A stretch of DNA of 64,000 bases from an uncultured Clostridia bacterium (lineage in GTDB: Bacteria; Bacillota; Clostridia; Christensenellales; UBA1242): the NCBI GenBank assembly GCA_944383915.1, contig CALWRJ010000013.1, forward strand, positions 28,743 to 92,742. Direction: 5' to 3'. The notes under the pieces are model-generated. The model was not told the origin of the DNA and searched no databases. It saw only the letters and a list, made by a program, of their open reading frames with translations. Made by a program: the position numbers and the translations under genes. How positions within the stretch are numbered: position 1 is the first letter of the stretch; each line of letters begins with the position of its first letter. Below, in pieces: positions 49,716 through 60,666 of this stretch.

Positions 49716-51183
49716 TAGGCGCTCAAATGGTGGTGGGCATAAATGGTATGTATGGCTTTTTATAGCGCTTTTGTGTGCATTACTGTTATGGAGTATGGCG
49801 GGCGATGTTATTAAAAATTTATTTATGAGCCTTCTTGCTGGTATTACTCCTGTAATAATTGCCTTAGTGCTCGCCTTTATATTACTGAGACCTATTGCGT
49901 TTATAGAAAATAAATTAATGAAAAACTTGTTTGTCGGCAACCCTCGAGCAAGCAAGTATAAACGCGCAATTTCTCTTTCTATATTATTTTTGCTAATTAT
50001 ATTGATATTTGTATTACTAATAGTCTTTGCTGTGCCAAGTTTAATTGATGTTTTCAATCAATTCCAAGGCGATAATTTAACTAATTTAGTAAATAAAGTA
50101 AAAGATTCTTTAACTAGTCTAATACAAAGTATCACAGGGCTTCCAACTGAACAACTAGACGAAGCGGTAACCACTGCAATAAATAATATAGGTGATGGTA
50201 TTCAGTCTGCTATTACTAATGTAACAGAAAACATTACTTCATATTTAATGGATACTGCATCATTAATTTTCTCGTTTGTAATGGGCTTAATTATATGTTT
50301 CTTAATACTAAAAGACAAAGAACTTATTTCAAAAACTGCAAAACGCTGGACTTATGCGTACTACAATCGCAAAAGCGCTGAGGAAATTATAACTGTAACA
50401 CGCCGTACAAACGATATGTTTAACCAGTACATTGTTTCAAACCTAATTGTAATGTTTATTGTATTTGTTATTGGTTGGATAGGCTTTCAAATAATGGGTG
50501 TGCCGATGGCTGTCGTTATGGCATTGCTCTTAGGATTGTTCTCAATTATTCCATATCTCGGTGGTTTTATTGCTTGTATCCCACTAGCAGTAGTAACGCT
50601 TATGTTTGGCGATACAAGCCTAATGCTTATGTCTATAATATTTGCTATAATTGACTGGGCAGTAATTACTACATTTGTACCAGCATTTATTATGAGCAAG
50701 AGAATGAATACACGCGCATTACTCTTAGTAGTTGGTTTAGCGCTTGGTGGTGCAATGTTTGGTGTAGTTGGTATGATTTTGTCTGCACCTATTGTATCGG
50801 TAATTACTATTATTTGGCAAGAACGCTTAAAAGTACGCGAATCAAGGCGCGAATATGAGGAAATGATTGACGCTGGTGTCCTAAGTAGCGAAAATTTATA
50901 TGATATGTCTGATATGTTAGACCTTACACAAGACACTTCTTATAATATACCAGTTGAAAAAGCTGAAGACGATTTTGCTAGACTACAAGCACTAAAATAT
51001 AAGAAATATAAAACCTCAATAAAAGAGGACAAAGAAAAGGGCGATGTCGTGCTTACCACAAAAACTAATAAAAAATCAAAAGTAAGTAAGCGCGAACTTA
51101 CAAAAATAGATAAGCATGTAGATATTAAAGAACCTACGGAAAGTAAAAAATCAAGCACAAAAGATGACGAGGATATTGATTAG
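49684..51183 (+). CDS. AI-2E family transporter
   Basis: IPYLGG.I, GG.MFG..GM.L..P pattern. Confidence 0.88.
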   Translation: MEQDYPINNNNRRSNGGGHKWYVWLFIALLCALLLWSMAGDVIKNLFMSLLAGITPVIIALVLAFILLRPIAFIENKLMKNLFVGNPRASKYKRAISLSILFLLIILIFVLLIVFAVPSLIDVFNQFQGDNLTNLVNKVKDSLTSLIQSITGLPTEQLDEAVTTAINNIGDGIQSAITNVTENITSYLMDTASLIFSFVMGLIICFLILKDKELISKTAKRWTYAYYNRKSAEEIITVTRRTNDMFNQYIVSNLIVMFIVFVIGWIGFQIMGVPMAVVMALLLGLFSIIPYLGGFIACIPLAVVTLMFGDTSLMLMSIIFAIIDWAVITTFVPAFIMSKRMNTRALLLVVGLALGGAMFGVVGMILSAPIVSVITIIWQERLKVRESRREYEEMIDAGVLSSENLYDMSDMLDLTQDTSYNIPVEKAEDDFARLQALKYKKYKTSIKEDKEKGDVVLTTKTNKKSKVSKRELTKIDKHVDIKEPTESKKSSTKDDEDID

Positions 51184-51220
51184 CAAAACTGCACTCTTTA
51201 TTTTAGAGAGTGTATTTTTG

Positions 51221-51439
51221 TTAAAATAAAGTTTGCGTAATTGTGCCGTTTGCCGATAAAATTCTATTTATGCAGTTATTATTCGATGCGTCATCTTGTA
51301 ATGCAGTTACTCCAGCAAGTGCAATTAACGCAATAAGCAAAATTATCAAAATATTAGAGTTTGTAGCAAGGTCTGTATTTGTTGAACCTGCCCAAATTGA
51401 TATTAATAGAACAATTACAAGAGCCTGAGAAATTGTCAT
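51221..51439 (-). CDS. Small 2-TM protein, probably late-sporulation
   Basis: G-run RBS; AC-N17-CATA promoter at 51467-51489. Confidence 0.6.
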   Translation of the reverse strand: MTISQALVIVLLISIWAGSTNTDLATNSNILIILLIALIALAGVTALQDDASNNNCINRILSANGTITQTLF

Positions 51440-51540
51440 AGTTAGCCCCCCCTTATCTAAATTTAATATGCCAAGCTTACTAATTTTGTTAAATGTAATT
51501 TTTTATTGAAATATTTTTAAAAGTGTAGTATAATAATTTT

Positions 51541-53367
51541 ATGGATATTAAAACTAAAGTAAGCGAACTTCCGCAAAATAGCGGAGTTTATATAATGAAA
51601 AACGCAGACGGCGAAGTAATTTATGTAGGAAAGGCGAAAAATTTAAAAAATAGAGTTTCGCAGTATTTTCAGCATAACAAAAACCACACAATAAAAGTAA
51701 CAAGTATGGTTAAAAATATTGCTGATTTTCAGTACATTATTACACCAAACGAAGCCGAGGCTCTTGCACTAGAAAATAATCTTATAAAGCGTTATCAACC
51801 ATACTACAATATTTTATTAAAAGACGGAAAATCATATCCTTATATTCGAATTGATTTAAAACAAGATTTTCCGCGTCTTGAAATTATCCGTAAATTAAAG
51901 CGCGATGGCGCAAAATATTTCGGTCCATATTTTGCTGGCGTAAAACCAGTAGAACTAATTAAAATGCTAAATAACGCATACCCGCTCCGTATGTGTAAGG
52001 GGAAATTGCCACATAGAAAGCGCCCTTGTATTAATTATGATTTAGGGCTATGTAGTGCTCCTTGTTGCGATAAAATAACAAAAGCCGACTACCACAAGTA
52101 TGTACAGAAGGCAATAGACTTTTTAAACGGAAAATTTAGCGAAGTGCAGGCAATTTTGCGCGAAAAAATGTCGCGTTTTGCAGAAAATGAACAATTTGAA
52201 TTGGCTCTAACTATTCGTGACGACTTAAATATGCTTGATAGAATTAAACAAAAAACTCTTACATTTATGCCGAACTTAGACAATATCGATGCTTTCGCGT
52301 GGTCGGGGAATGGCTCCGTTGCTTCAGTTGCGGTACTTATAATTCGTGGCGGGCGAAGTGTCGGTGTAGATTGTTTTCATTTAGTAGACCCAGAACTTGA
52401 TTTAGTAGATAGTTTAACTCAATTCATCACACAATACTATTCAACTACCGCGATTCCGCCTGAACAAATTTTAATTCCGTTTGAGCCAACTATAGAGTTG
52501 CGCGAATGGCTTACAGAGCAAAGAAAATCAGCGCAAATTGGGCGTACAAGCGCTGTAGAACTCATTTGTCCAAAAAAAGGTGAGAAGAAAAATTTGCTTA
52601 AAATTGCACAAGAAAATGCCGAAATGTATCTTGATAAGGCTGTTGAAAAAGAAAAACGAATGCAAGATTACACAATAGGTGCTACTGAAAAACTTGCGCA
52701 AATTTTAGGAATGAATAAACCCATTCACCGTATGGAGTGTTATGATATTTCTAATATCGGTGGGCTGTTGAGTGTTGCTTCGATGGTGGTCTTTGTAGAT
52801 GGACAAGCAAAGACAAGCCACTACCGAAAATTTAGGATAAAAACCGTTCAAGGTGCGGACGATTTTGCAAGTATGCGTGAAGTAATTACTCGTAGGCTTA
52901 ACGAGTTAAGTAAGCCTAATAATCAAGACCCTAGTTTTTCTCAAAAGCCTGATTTAATTGTTGTAGACGGTGGAAAAGGTCAATTAAGTAATGCTGTTGC
53001 CGCTGCGCAAGCATGTGGTTATAACATATCCATGATAGGTTTAGCAAAGCAAGAAGAGGAAGTTTTTATTCCAAATCAATCTCAACCGATAATTATTCCA
53101 CGCACGCACAACGCCTTAAAATTATTACAGCGTATCCGTGACGAATCTCACAGATTTGCAATCACATATCATAGAAAGTTAAGAAACAAGATAACAAGTA
53201 TTTTAGAGGAAATAGAGGGAATTGGTCCTAAAAAACGCCGAAATTTAATAAAGGCATTTAAATCAGTCGATGCAATTAAAAATGCAAGTATAAATGACCT
53301 TGTAAAAGTAGATGGAATTTCTCAAAAAGATGCTTTATCTATTAAAAAATATTTTAATGTAGAATAA
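51541..53367 (+). CDS. uvrC: Excinuclease ABC subunit C
   Basis: GIY-YIG (GVY..IYVGKAKNLK.RV), ECYDISN, DGGKGQ, HhH. Confidence 0.98.
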   Translation: MDIKTKVSELPQNSGVYIMKNADGEVIYVGKAKNLKNRVSQYFQHNKNHTIKVTSMVKNIADFQYIITPNEAEALALENNLIKRYQPYYNILLKDGKSYPYIRIDLKQDFPRLEIIRKLKRDGAKYFGPYFAGVKPVELIKMLNNAYPLRMCKGKLPHRKRPCINYDLGLCSAPCCDKITKADYHKYVQKAIDFLNGKFSEVQAILREKMSRFAENEQFELALTIRDDLNMLDRIKQKTLTFMPNLDNIDAFAWSGNGSVASVAVLIIRGGRSVGVDCFHLVDPELDLVDSLTQFITQYYSTTAIPPEQILIPFEPTIELREWLTEQRKSAQIGRTSAVELICPKKGEKKNLLKIAQENAEMYLDKAVEKEKRMQDYTIGATEKLAQILGMNKPIHRMECYDISNIGGLLSVASMVVFVDGQAKTSHYRKFRIKTVQGADDFASMREVITRRLNELSKPNNQDPSFSQKPDLIVVDGGKGQLSNAVAAAQACGYNISMIGLAKQEEEVFIPNQSQPIIIPRTHNALKLLQRIRDESHRFAITYHRKLRNKITSILEEIEGIGPKKRRNLIKAFKSVDAIKNASINDLVKVDGISQKDALSIKKYFNVE

Positions 53368-53412
53368 AATAACAGCACTTCCGCATAAAGTTACTTTCGG
53401 GGGTGCTTTGTT

Positions 53413-54411
53413 TTGCGTAAAATAAAATTTCCACCTATTTTAGTAATATCAATTATAATTTCCGTTTTAATGCTAACGCCTTATATTATTTTAAGCCAAC
53501 TAGCAAATTCTCGTAGTGGTATTCAAAACTCGACTTCATCAAATTCCGTTATATTAGAATTGTGGGAAATAGATACATTTGAAGGTGGAAGTGCAAGCCG
53601 TGCACATTTTTTAGAAAATACAGCCTCGCGGTATCAAGATAAAAATTCTGGCGTTTTTATTTTAGTTAAAACTCTAGGATTAGAGCAAGCCGAGTTAATG
53701 CTATCCCAAGGTGCTTCTCCCGATATAATAAGTTATGGAATAGGTGCGGGCGAATTGATTTTACCTTTATGTAGGGAAATGAATAACGCAGATATTAGAC
53801 AAGATTTATTAGGTGCTGGGATAAGCGAGAATAAACAGTACGCAGTTCCATGGTGTTTTGGTAGTTATGTTTTATGCACAAAAGATGATTATCAAGATTT
53901 TAGTATAGAAAATTTAGAAAGCGCAAATGCCCAAATTATAGGAATGGGGCAAGATAATAATATCCCTAAATTAAGCTTAGACGCAAATTTGCAAAATAAA
54001 ATAATAAAAAATGACATAACCCCTTATAAAGCGTATGAAAGTTTTTTGGATGGTGATTTTGATATATTACTCGGTACGCAACGCGATTTTTATAGATTAA
54101 ATAATAGGGTAAACAATGGTAAGTTAAGTGGAGTTCAATATATTTATTTAAATCAATATACCGACTTAGTACAATACTTATCTATCACGACTAAAAATGA
54201 TAATTTAGTTGCACCCGCTCAAAATTTTATAGATTTTGTCGTAAATCAGGATACACAAAAGCGCTTAAAAGATATTGGTATGTTTTCCGTTTTAAATACT
54301 TCTATATATACAAACGAATATAGAGATTTTGAAAATGCGTTGAGTAGCAATTTAGATATTTTAAATGTCTTTACAAGCAACGCAAGAATTAAAGAATTGC
54401 AAGGGTTATAA
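53413..54411 (+). CDS. Extracellular solute-binding-protein-like
   Basis: N-terminal TM; LWEIDTFEGG, PDIIS, YAVPW.FG.Y. Confidence 0.65.
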   Translation: MRKIKFPPILVISIIISVLMLTPYIILSQLANSRSGIQNSTSSNSVILELWEIDTFEGGSASRAHFLENTASRYQDKNSGVFILVKTLGLEQAELMLSQGASPDIISYGIGAGELILPLCREMNNADIRQDLLGAGISENKQYAVPWCFGSYVLCTKDDYQDFSIENLESANAQIIGMGQDNNIPKLSLDANLQNKIIKNDITPYKAYESFLDGDFDILLGTQRDFYRLNNRVNNGKLSGVQYIYLNQYTDLVQYLSITTKNDNLVAPAQNFIDFVVNQDTQKRLKDIGMFSVLNTSIYTNEYRDFENALSSNLDILNVFTSNARIKELQGL

Positions 54412-54413
54412 CT

Positions 54414-55337
54414 ATGGTATCTTTAAATGAAATTAAAAAAATTTGTCCTTCGTCTTTTGCTAACTTTCCATTAAAAAGTTTAACAACCTTTAAAATTGGC
54501 GGTAATGCCGATTTTGTTGTATTTCCACAAAATTTAGATGAACTAAAATCAATATTAGAATATATTAGAGCAAACAATGTAAATTTTTTCGTACTCGGGG
54601 GCGGTTCTAATGTTTTAGCCGATGATTTAGGATATCGTGGTATAATTATATGTACTAAAAAGTTAAATCAAATTCAAAAACTTTCTAGATGTAAAATAAA
54701 AGTGCAGAGTGGGGTAATGCTATCTAGTGTTGTGAGATATTGCACGCAAAATAGCCTACACGGTCTTGAATGGGCGACTGGGATACCTGCAACTATTGGC
54801 GGTGCTGTATTTATGAATGCAGGTGCTTATGGTGGTGAAATTGCTGATGTTGTAGAGAGCGTAACCTTTATTCAAGACAACGAAATCGTTTCATTAGATA
54901 AATCAAAACTTTTTTTCGATTATCGTAAAAGCCTTTTTACAAACACAAAAAATTGTGTTATAATAGAAATAGTGCTTAAATTAAAAAAAGGCAATATTGA
55001 GCAAATAACAAAAACTGTTAGAGAATTTACACTAAAAAGAGCAACTGCGCAAAATGTAGGTTATGCCAGCGCTGGAAGTGTCTTTAAACGGACAAAATCA
55101 AATCCGCCAGCCTATTTAATTGAGCAATGCGGGCTAAAAGGTGCTAGGATTGGTGATGCGGTAGTTTCGCCTGTGCACGCAGGTTTTATTGTAAATATTG
55201 GTAAAGCGACAGCAAATCAAGTGCGCGCTCTTATTCAAAAAATACAAAGTAGAGTATTTTCTAAATTTAATGTGAATTTAGAATGTGAAATAATAGATTT
55301 AAGGAGTAATGACGATAAAAATGAAAATGACAGCTGA
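54414..55337 (+). CDS. murB: UDP-N-acetylenolpyruvoylglucosamine reductase
   Basis: TTFKIGG.A, LGGGSN, GIPATIGGAVFMNAGAYG, SAGSVFK, HAGFIVN. Confidence 0.97.
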   Translation: MVSLNEIKKICPSSFANFPLKSLTTFKIGGNADFVVFPQNLDELKSILEYIRANNVNFFVLGGGSNVLADDLGYRGIIICTKKLNQIQKLSRCKIKVQSGVMLSSVVRYCTQNSLHGLEWATGIPATIGGAVFMNAGAYGGEIADVVESVTFIQDNEIVSLDKSKLFFDYRKSLFTNTKNCVIIEIVLKLKKGNIEQITKTVREFTLKRATAQNVGYASAGSVFKRTKSNPPAYLIEQCGLKGARIGDAVVSPVHAGFIVNIGKATANQVRALIQKIQSRVFSKFNVNLECEIIDLRSNDDKNENDS

Positions 55338-56046
55338 TTATCATACTCATACATTTTACAGTGATGGTCATAGCAGTATGCGAGATAATGTTTTAGAAGC
55401 GGTAAAAAAGGGGCTAACAAGTCTAGGTATTACTGACCACGGCTTTAATCATCGCACGGGTGGAATTAAAAGAGAAGATGTAAAAAAACTGCGTGATGAA
55501 ATTAATTCTCTACAAAAAGAATTTCCGCAAATTAAGTTATTATTGGGCGTAGAAGCAAATTTATTAAATTATAATGGCGATGTAGACTTAACTCCTGATG
55601 ATATTAAAAATTTTGATTATATAATTTTAGGTATCCATTATTTGACATATGGAAAGGGTGTAAAAGACAGTTTTCTCTTTAATTTTCGAAATTTCTTTTG
55701 GAATACTAAGCAACATAGAAAAAAGATAACTAAAAGTTATATTAAAGCCATGGATAGATATCCAATAAAAGTAATTGTTCACCCAAATTATGCAACAGGC
55801 TGCGATGTTGAAATGCTTGCTAACGCTTGTAAAGAGCGCGGAGTGTTGCTTGAGTTTAATGGAAAACGAGTTGAATTTAATAAAAGAGAAATTGATGCAA
55901 TAATAAAAAGCGGAGTTGGTATAATTTTGGGAAGTGATGCTCATTATGCTAATAAAGTGGGCGATTGCTCATTACAGCAAGAATTTTTAAAAGATTATCC
56001 AGATTTTCCATTAGAAAGATTTGTAAATATAAATTTAGAGAATTGA
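55321..56046 (+). CDS. PHP-domain phosphoesterase
   Basis: DYHTHT.YSDGH, ITDHG, GVEAN, GSDAH. Confidence 0.92.
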   Translation: MKMTADYHTHTFYSDGHSSMRDNVLEAVKKGLTSLGITDHGFNHRTGGIKREDVKKLRDEINSLQKEFPQIKLLLGVEANLLNYNGDVDLTPDDIKNFDYIILGIHYLTYGKGVKDSFLFNFRNFFWNTKQHRKKITKSYIKAMDRYPIKVIVHPNYATGCDVEMLANACKERGVLLEFNGKRVEFNKREIDAIIKSGVGIILGSDAHYANKVGDCSLQQEFLKDYPDFPLERFVNINLEN

Positions 56047-56100
56047 CTTTTCAAATTTAAAAAAGTAATATATAATAATTAGGCAAAAGGGGGAAACGAA

Positions 56101-57081
56101 ATGTCTTTTTCATATGACGCAAAGACCGAAGTGGCTAAAAGCGAACTACCGAGTAAGCATTGTTGCGCTCTTGCTGAACTTGGTGGGCTTGCTCGTACTT
56201 GCGGAAAAATTGCCGATGATTATACGCTAACACTTGTTACTGAACTTGATGCTTTATATAAACGAGTTTGTGGGTTAGTTAAAATTTTATATAATAGAGA
56301 AAAAGATTTAACTCTACAACGCAATGAAAAGCAAAATCGTGTAGTTAGATATCACATTTTGTTTCCACAAGATTTAAGCGAACAAATTTTAAAAGATACA
56401 TATATGTTGCGAGAAAATTATCTAGGAAACTTAGAACTAACTAATAGCATATCTCGTCATCTTATTGAAAATGAATGTTGTGAGCGTCAATTTGTAAAAG
56501 GCGTGTTTATGGGATGCGCAAGCGCAAATATCGTAATAAAAGACATTAACGATTTAAAAAAGCATACAGGCGGGTATCATTTAGAATTTGTTTTCTCCAA
56601 TCATACGCTAGCAGGCGATTTTTCGCATATTTTAAGCGAATACGATATTTATTCAAAGATAATGCAACGCAAAAAATTGACAGTTGTATACATAAAAGAA
56701 GCCGAAGTCGTAAGTGATTGTTTGGCTCTTGTAGGTGCTAACAATGCCGTCCTAACTTTGCAAAATGAATTTGCAGTTAGGGAAGTACGCAATAACTTAA
56801 ATAGGCAACTAAATTGCATGAATAGCAATATGGAAAAAATGGTTGATGCTAGTCTAAAACAAATTGCTGCTATTGAATATATTTCTAAAACAATTGGACT
56901 TGATAGCCTTAATGAAAATTTATATGAATTGTGTATGCTTCGACTTGCTAATCCAGAGGAAACACTCGAAAATCTTGCAAAACTTATGGACCCGCCACTA
57001 ACGAAAAGTGGTATTAATCATAGGTTAAGGAAAATTGTTAAATACGCAGATGAATTAAAGAAAAAGGAAATAACGGAGTAG
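56101..57081 (+). CDS. whiA: DNA-binding protein WhiA
   Basis: YHLEF, VYIKE, NR..NC..SN, KSGINHRLRKI. Confidence 0.95.
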   Translation: MSFSYDAKTEVAKSELPSKHCCALAELGGLARTCGKIADDYTLTLVTELDALYKRVCGLVKILYNREKDLTLQRNEKQNRVVRYHILFPQDLSEQILKDTYMLRENYLGNLELTNSISRHLIENECCERQFVKGVFMGCASANIVIKDINDLKKHTGGYHLEFVFSNHTLAGDFSHILSEYDIYSKIMQRKKLTVVYIKEAEVVSDCLALVGANNAVLTLQNEFAVREVRNNLNRQLNCMNSNMEKMVDASLKQIAAIEYISKTIGLDSLNENLYELCMLRLANPEETLENLAKLMDPPLTKSGINHRLRKIVKYADELKKKEITE

Positions 57082-57092
57082 ATTTAAAACAA

Positions 57093-60000
57093 ATGGAAAA
57101 CTTTGTACACTTACACTTACATACAGAATATAGTTTGCTTGATGGTGCTGCTAGAATTAAAAAGTTGGTAAAAATTTTAAAAGAAAGGGGAGCGCCTGCT
57201 TGTGCAATAACCGACCACGGCAATATGTATGGCGCAGTTAAATTTTACGAAGCCTGCAAAGAAAATGGAATTAAACCAATAATTGGCACTGAGTTTTATG
57301 TCGTAAAAGACCATACATATAAACAAGGTAAACCTAACCCAGCGCACTTAATTTTACTTGCGAAAAATGATAAAGGTTATCACAACCTTTGTAAATTAAA
57401 TAGTATAGCATGGACAAAAGGTTTTTACTATAAGCCTAGGATTGACTACAATTTATTAAAAGAATATAGTGAAGGGTTAATTTGTAGTAGCGCTTGTCTT
57501 GCTGGGGATATTCCAAGACTGTTAGCACAAAATCGTTTTGATGATGCTGTGAAATTTGGTGCAGAACTACGAGATATGTTTGCTCCAGGGGACTTTTATA
57601 TTGAAGTACAAGACCACGGTATCGAGTTGCAACGACAAATTTTACCTGATTTATTTAGACTTGCCGATGCGCTAGGTGTAAAGACCATTGCAACAAATGA
57701 TGTACACTACTTATACCCAGAAGATGCAGAAATGCAGGATATAATGCTTTGTATCCAAACAGGTAAGACTATTGATGACCCAGACCGAATGCGTATGGAT
57801 GGTAATCAATTTTATTTAAAAACTGAAGCTGAAATGCGTTCCGTTTTTCAAGCGCATACTGAAAGCATAGAAAATACTCTCGAAGTCGCAGAAAAATGTA
57901 ATGTAGAGCTAGACTTTCATAGCCAGTTTTACCCTAAATTTACCGCTCCAAATGGTATGGATAATGTGGAATACCTTTGGCAACTAGTTAACGAAGGACT
58001 AGTTAAACGCTATGGCGAAATTACTCCTGAAATTCGCGAACGCGCTGAATTTGAAATGGAAACTCTTAAAAAAAGCGGATATGTAGATTATTATCTTGTA
58101 GTTTGGGATTTTATAAACTGGTCGCGTGCACACGATGTCCCGATTGGACCAGGTCGTGGTAGTGGTGCAGCAAGTATTTTGGCTTATGCAATAGGGATTA
58201 CTCTAATTGACCCGTTAAAGTATGATTTGTGGTTTGAAAGATTTTTAAATCCAGAGCGTATTAGTCCGCCAGACTTTGATATAGACTTTTGCCCTGTAAG
58301 ACGAGAAAAAACTATCGACTATGTTATCGAAAAATATGGTGAACCTAATGTTTGCCAAATTATAACATTTGGTACAATGGCGGCAAAGGCGGCAATTAAA
58401 GATGTTGCGCGCGTGCTTAAAATGCCATATAGTGAAGTAGATAAAATGACTAAACTATTTCCAACAAAAATGCCGAAATCACCAGCAATTGAGAAAGTTT
58501 TTGGTATTAGCAAAAAGCCCGAGGACGCTGAATATGCAGTGCCAGAATTAAAATCAATGTATGATAGCGATGTGTTAGTTCAAAAAATAGTCGACACTGC
58601 TATTAAACTAGAGAATATGCCGAGAAACACGAGTATCCACGCCGCAGGTGTCGTAATTTGTTGTGACGATATTTCAGACCATGTGCCTTTGGCAAAAAAT
58701 GGTGATATGGTTACCACTCAATATGATAAAAACGAAACCGAACATCTAGGCTTATTAAAAATGGATTTTCTAGGGCTAATTACTTTAACCGATTTAGATT
58801 TAATGCTTAAAACAGTTAAGAAAAGAACAGGCGAGGAAATAGACTTTTACACTCGTGATTTCTCTTATGATGACCCAGCAGTCTATAAATTAATAGGCTC
58901 TGGTGATAACGATGGTGTGTTCCAACTTGAAAGTGGTGGTATTTCAAACTTCGCAAAAGAAATGAAACCTGTAAACATCGAGGAAATTATCGTTATTTTA
59001 GCAATGTATCGTCCTGGACCAATGGATGAAATTCCTACATACATAAAAAATCGTAAAAATCCAGATTCTATAGTTTACGCAGACCCAAAGATGAAAGACG
59101 TTCTAGGCGTAACTTATGGTGTTATGGTGTATCAAGAGCAGGTTATGAAACTTTGTCAGGTTTTGGCTGGATACACAATGGGACAGGCTGACGGCGTGCG
59201 TAAAATTATGGGTAAAAAACTTGCAGATAAATTGCCTATTGAAAAACAACGCTTTATTTACGGTTGGGAAGATCCTGAGGGCAAAAAAAGTATTGACGGT
59301 GTTTTAAAACGCGGGATGAAACTTGAAGACGCTGAAAAATTGTGGCACCAAATGGAAAAATTCGGTAGTTACGCTTTCAACAAAGCCCATGCAGCCGCTT
59401 ATGCCTTTATTACATATCAAACTGCTTATATGAAAGTGTATCATATTACAGAATTTTATTCTGCAATTATGAATAACCGTATTACTAAAAATGACGAACT
59501 TACTCACTATATGGAACTTGCTCGCCAGCACGATATAAAAATTTTACCACCTGATGTAAATAAAAGTTTGGCATATTTTAGTGTTGAACAAGATAAAGTT
59601 ATTCGTTACGGATTAGGCGGACTTAAAAATGTTGGTGTAGCGCTTGTTGAGGACTTGGTAAAAGAGCGTGAAGCAAATGGTGACTTTAAAAGCCTTCAAG
59701 ATTTTATATCTCGTATGGGCGGACAAGCACATAACAAGCGCTTCCTAGAGTCTATGATTTTATCTGGAGCATTTGATTGTTTTGGAGCAAAACGCAGTCA
59801 AATGATGGCGATTTATGAAAAAATTGTTGAACGCGTTGCAAGTGACCGCAAATCTCAAAATCAAGGACAACTCACTTTGTTTGACAATGTATTAAAAGAT
59901 GATACTAACTTTAATGTTATTCAATACCCCGATATTCCCGAATTTGACGACCAGCAACGCTTAAAATATGAAAAAGATGTGTTAGGCGCTTATGTTAGTG

Positions 60001-60650
60001 GACATATCCTTGACAAATTCCGTGATAGATTTAAAGATTTTAATTTGAATAGTAATATGCTTATTCCACAAATTATTCAAAGTGAGGACGGCGAGGAGGA
60101 GATAACTGTTTATGAAGGGTTAGAGGACGGAAAGCATGTCCAATGTGGTGGTATTCTTACAGCAGTAAAGCGTATGAATACAAAGTTAGGGAATAAAGAA
60201 ATGGCTGTTGTAACTGTTGAGGACCTTTTCGGGACTTTTGAAGTGTTAGTATTTCCCAAAATCTATGAAAAGTTTAAACATATTCTGTATGTAGATAATA
60301 TGATGACTTTTGTTGGGAAATTAAGCATTCGAGAAGGCGATAGGCCAATAGTTTTACCTGACGATATTATTGAATGGCAAGATAATAAACCTATGGAAAC
60401 AGAAACACCAAAAGAAGTCGAAGCGCCTAAAAAACTTACGAAATTATATTTAAAATTTGATTTAACGGACGAAAATGTAAAAGAGAATGTGCTTTCAATT
60501 TTATCTAGATATCCAGGGGAACATCAAGTTATCATAAAATGTAGCAAACAAAATAAAGCTTTCGCTTTTCCATACAAAGTTGATGAAAGCACGGCACTTG
60601 AAAACGAATTATTTGGCTATATCGAGCCAGAAAATCTAAAATTTGTTTAA
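57093..60650 (+). CDS. dnaE: DNA polymerase III alpha subunit
   Basis: FVHLHLHTEYSLLDG, GPGRGS, PDFDIDF, YAFNKAH. Confidence 0.98.
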   Translation: MENFVHLHLHTEYSLLDGAARIKKLVKILKERGAPACAITDHGNMYGAVKFYEACKENGIKPIIGTEFYVVKDHTYKQGKPNPAHLILLAKNDKGYHNLCKLNSIAWTKGFYYKPRIDYNLLKEYSEGLICSSACLAGDIPRLLAQNRFDDAVKFGAELRDMFAPGDFYIEVQDHGIELQRQILPDLFRLADALGVKTIATNDVHYLYPEDAEMQDIMLCIQTGKTIDDPDRMRMDGNQFYLKTEAEMRSVFQAHTESIENTLEVAEKCNVELDFHSQFYPKFTAPNGMDNVEYLWQLVNEGLVKRYGEITPEIRERAEFEMETLKKSGYVDYYLVVWDFINWSRAHDVPIGPGRGSGAASILAYAIGITLIDPLKYDLWFERFLNPERISPPDFDIDFCPVRREKTIDYVIEKYGEPNVCQIITFGTMAAKAAIKDVARVLKMPYSEVDKMTKLFPTKMPKSPAIEKVFGISKKPEDAEYAVPELKSMYDSDVLVQKIVDTAIKLENMPRNTSIHAAGVVICCDDISDHVPLAKNGDMVTTQYDKNETEHLGLLKMDFLGLITLTDLDLMLKTVKKRTGEEIDFYTRDFSYDDPAVYKLIGSGDNDGVFQLESGGISNFAKEMKPVNIEEIIVILAMYRPGPMDEIPTYIKNRKNPDSIVYADPKMKDVLGVTYGVMVYQEQVMKLCQVLAGYTMGQADGVRKIMGKKLADKLPIEKQRFIYGWEDPEGKKSIDGVLKRGMKLEDAEKLWHQMEKFGSYAFNKAHAAAYAFITYQTAYMKVYHITEFYSAIMNNRITKNDELTHYMELARQHDIKILPPDVNKSLAYFSVEQDKVIRYGLGGLKNVGVALVEDLVKEREANGDFKSLQDFISRMGGQAHNKRFLESMILSGAFDCFGAKRSQMMAIYEKIVERVASDRKSQNQGQLTLFDNVLKDDTNFNVIQYPDIPEFDDQQRLKYEKDVLGAYVSGHILDKFRDRFKDFNLNSNMLIPQIIQSEDGEEEITVYEGLEDGKHVQCGGILTAVKRMNTKLGNKEMAVVTVEDLFGTFEVLVFPKIYEKFKHILYVDNMMTFVGKLSIREGDRPIVLPDDIIEWQDNKPMETETPKEVEAPKKLTKLYLKFDLTDENVKENVLSILSRYPGEHQVIIKCSKQNKAFAFPYKVDESTALENELFGYIEPENLKFV

Positions 60651-60666
60651 TATTTAAGGGGGAAAA

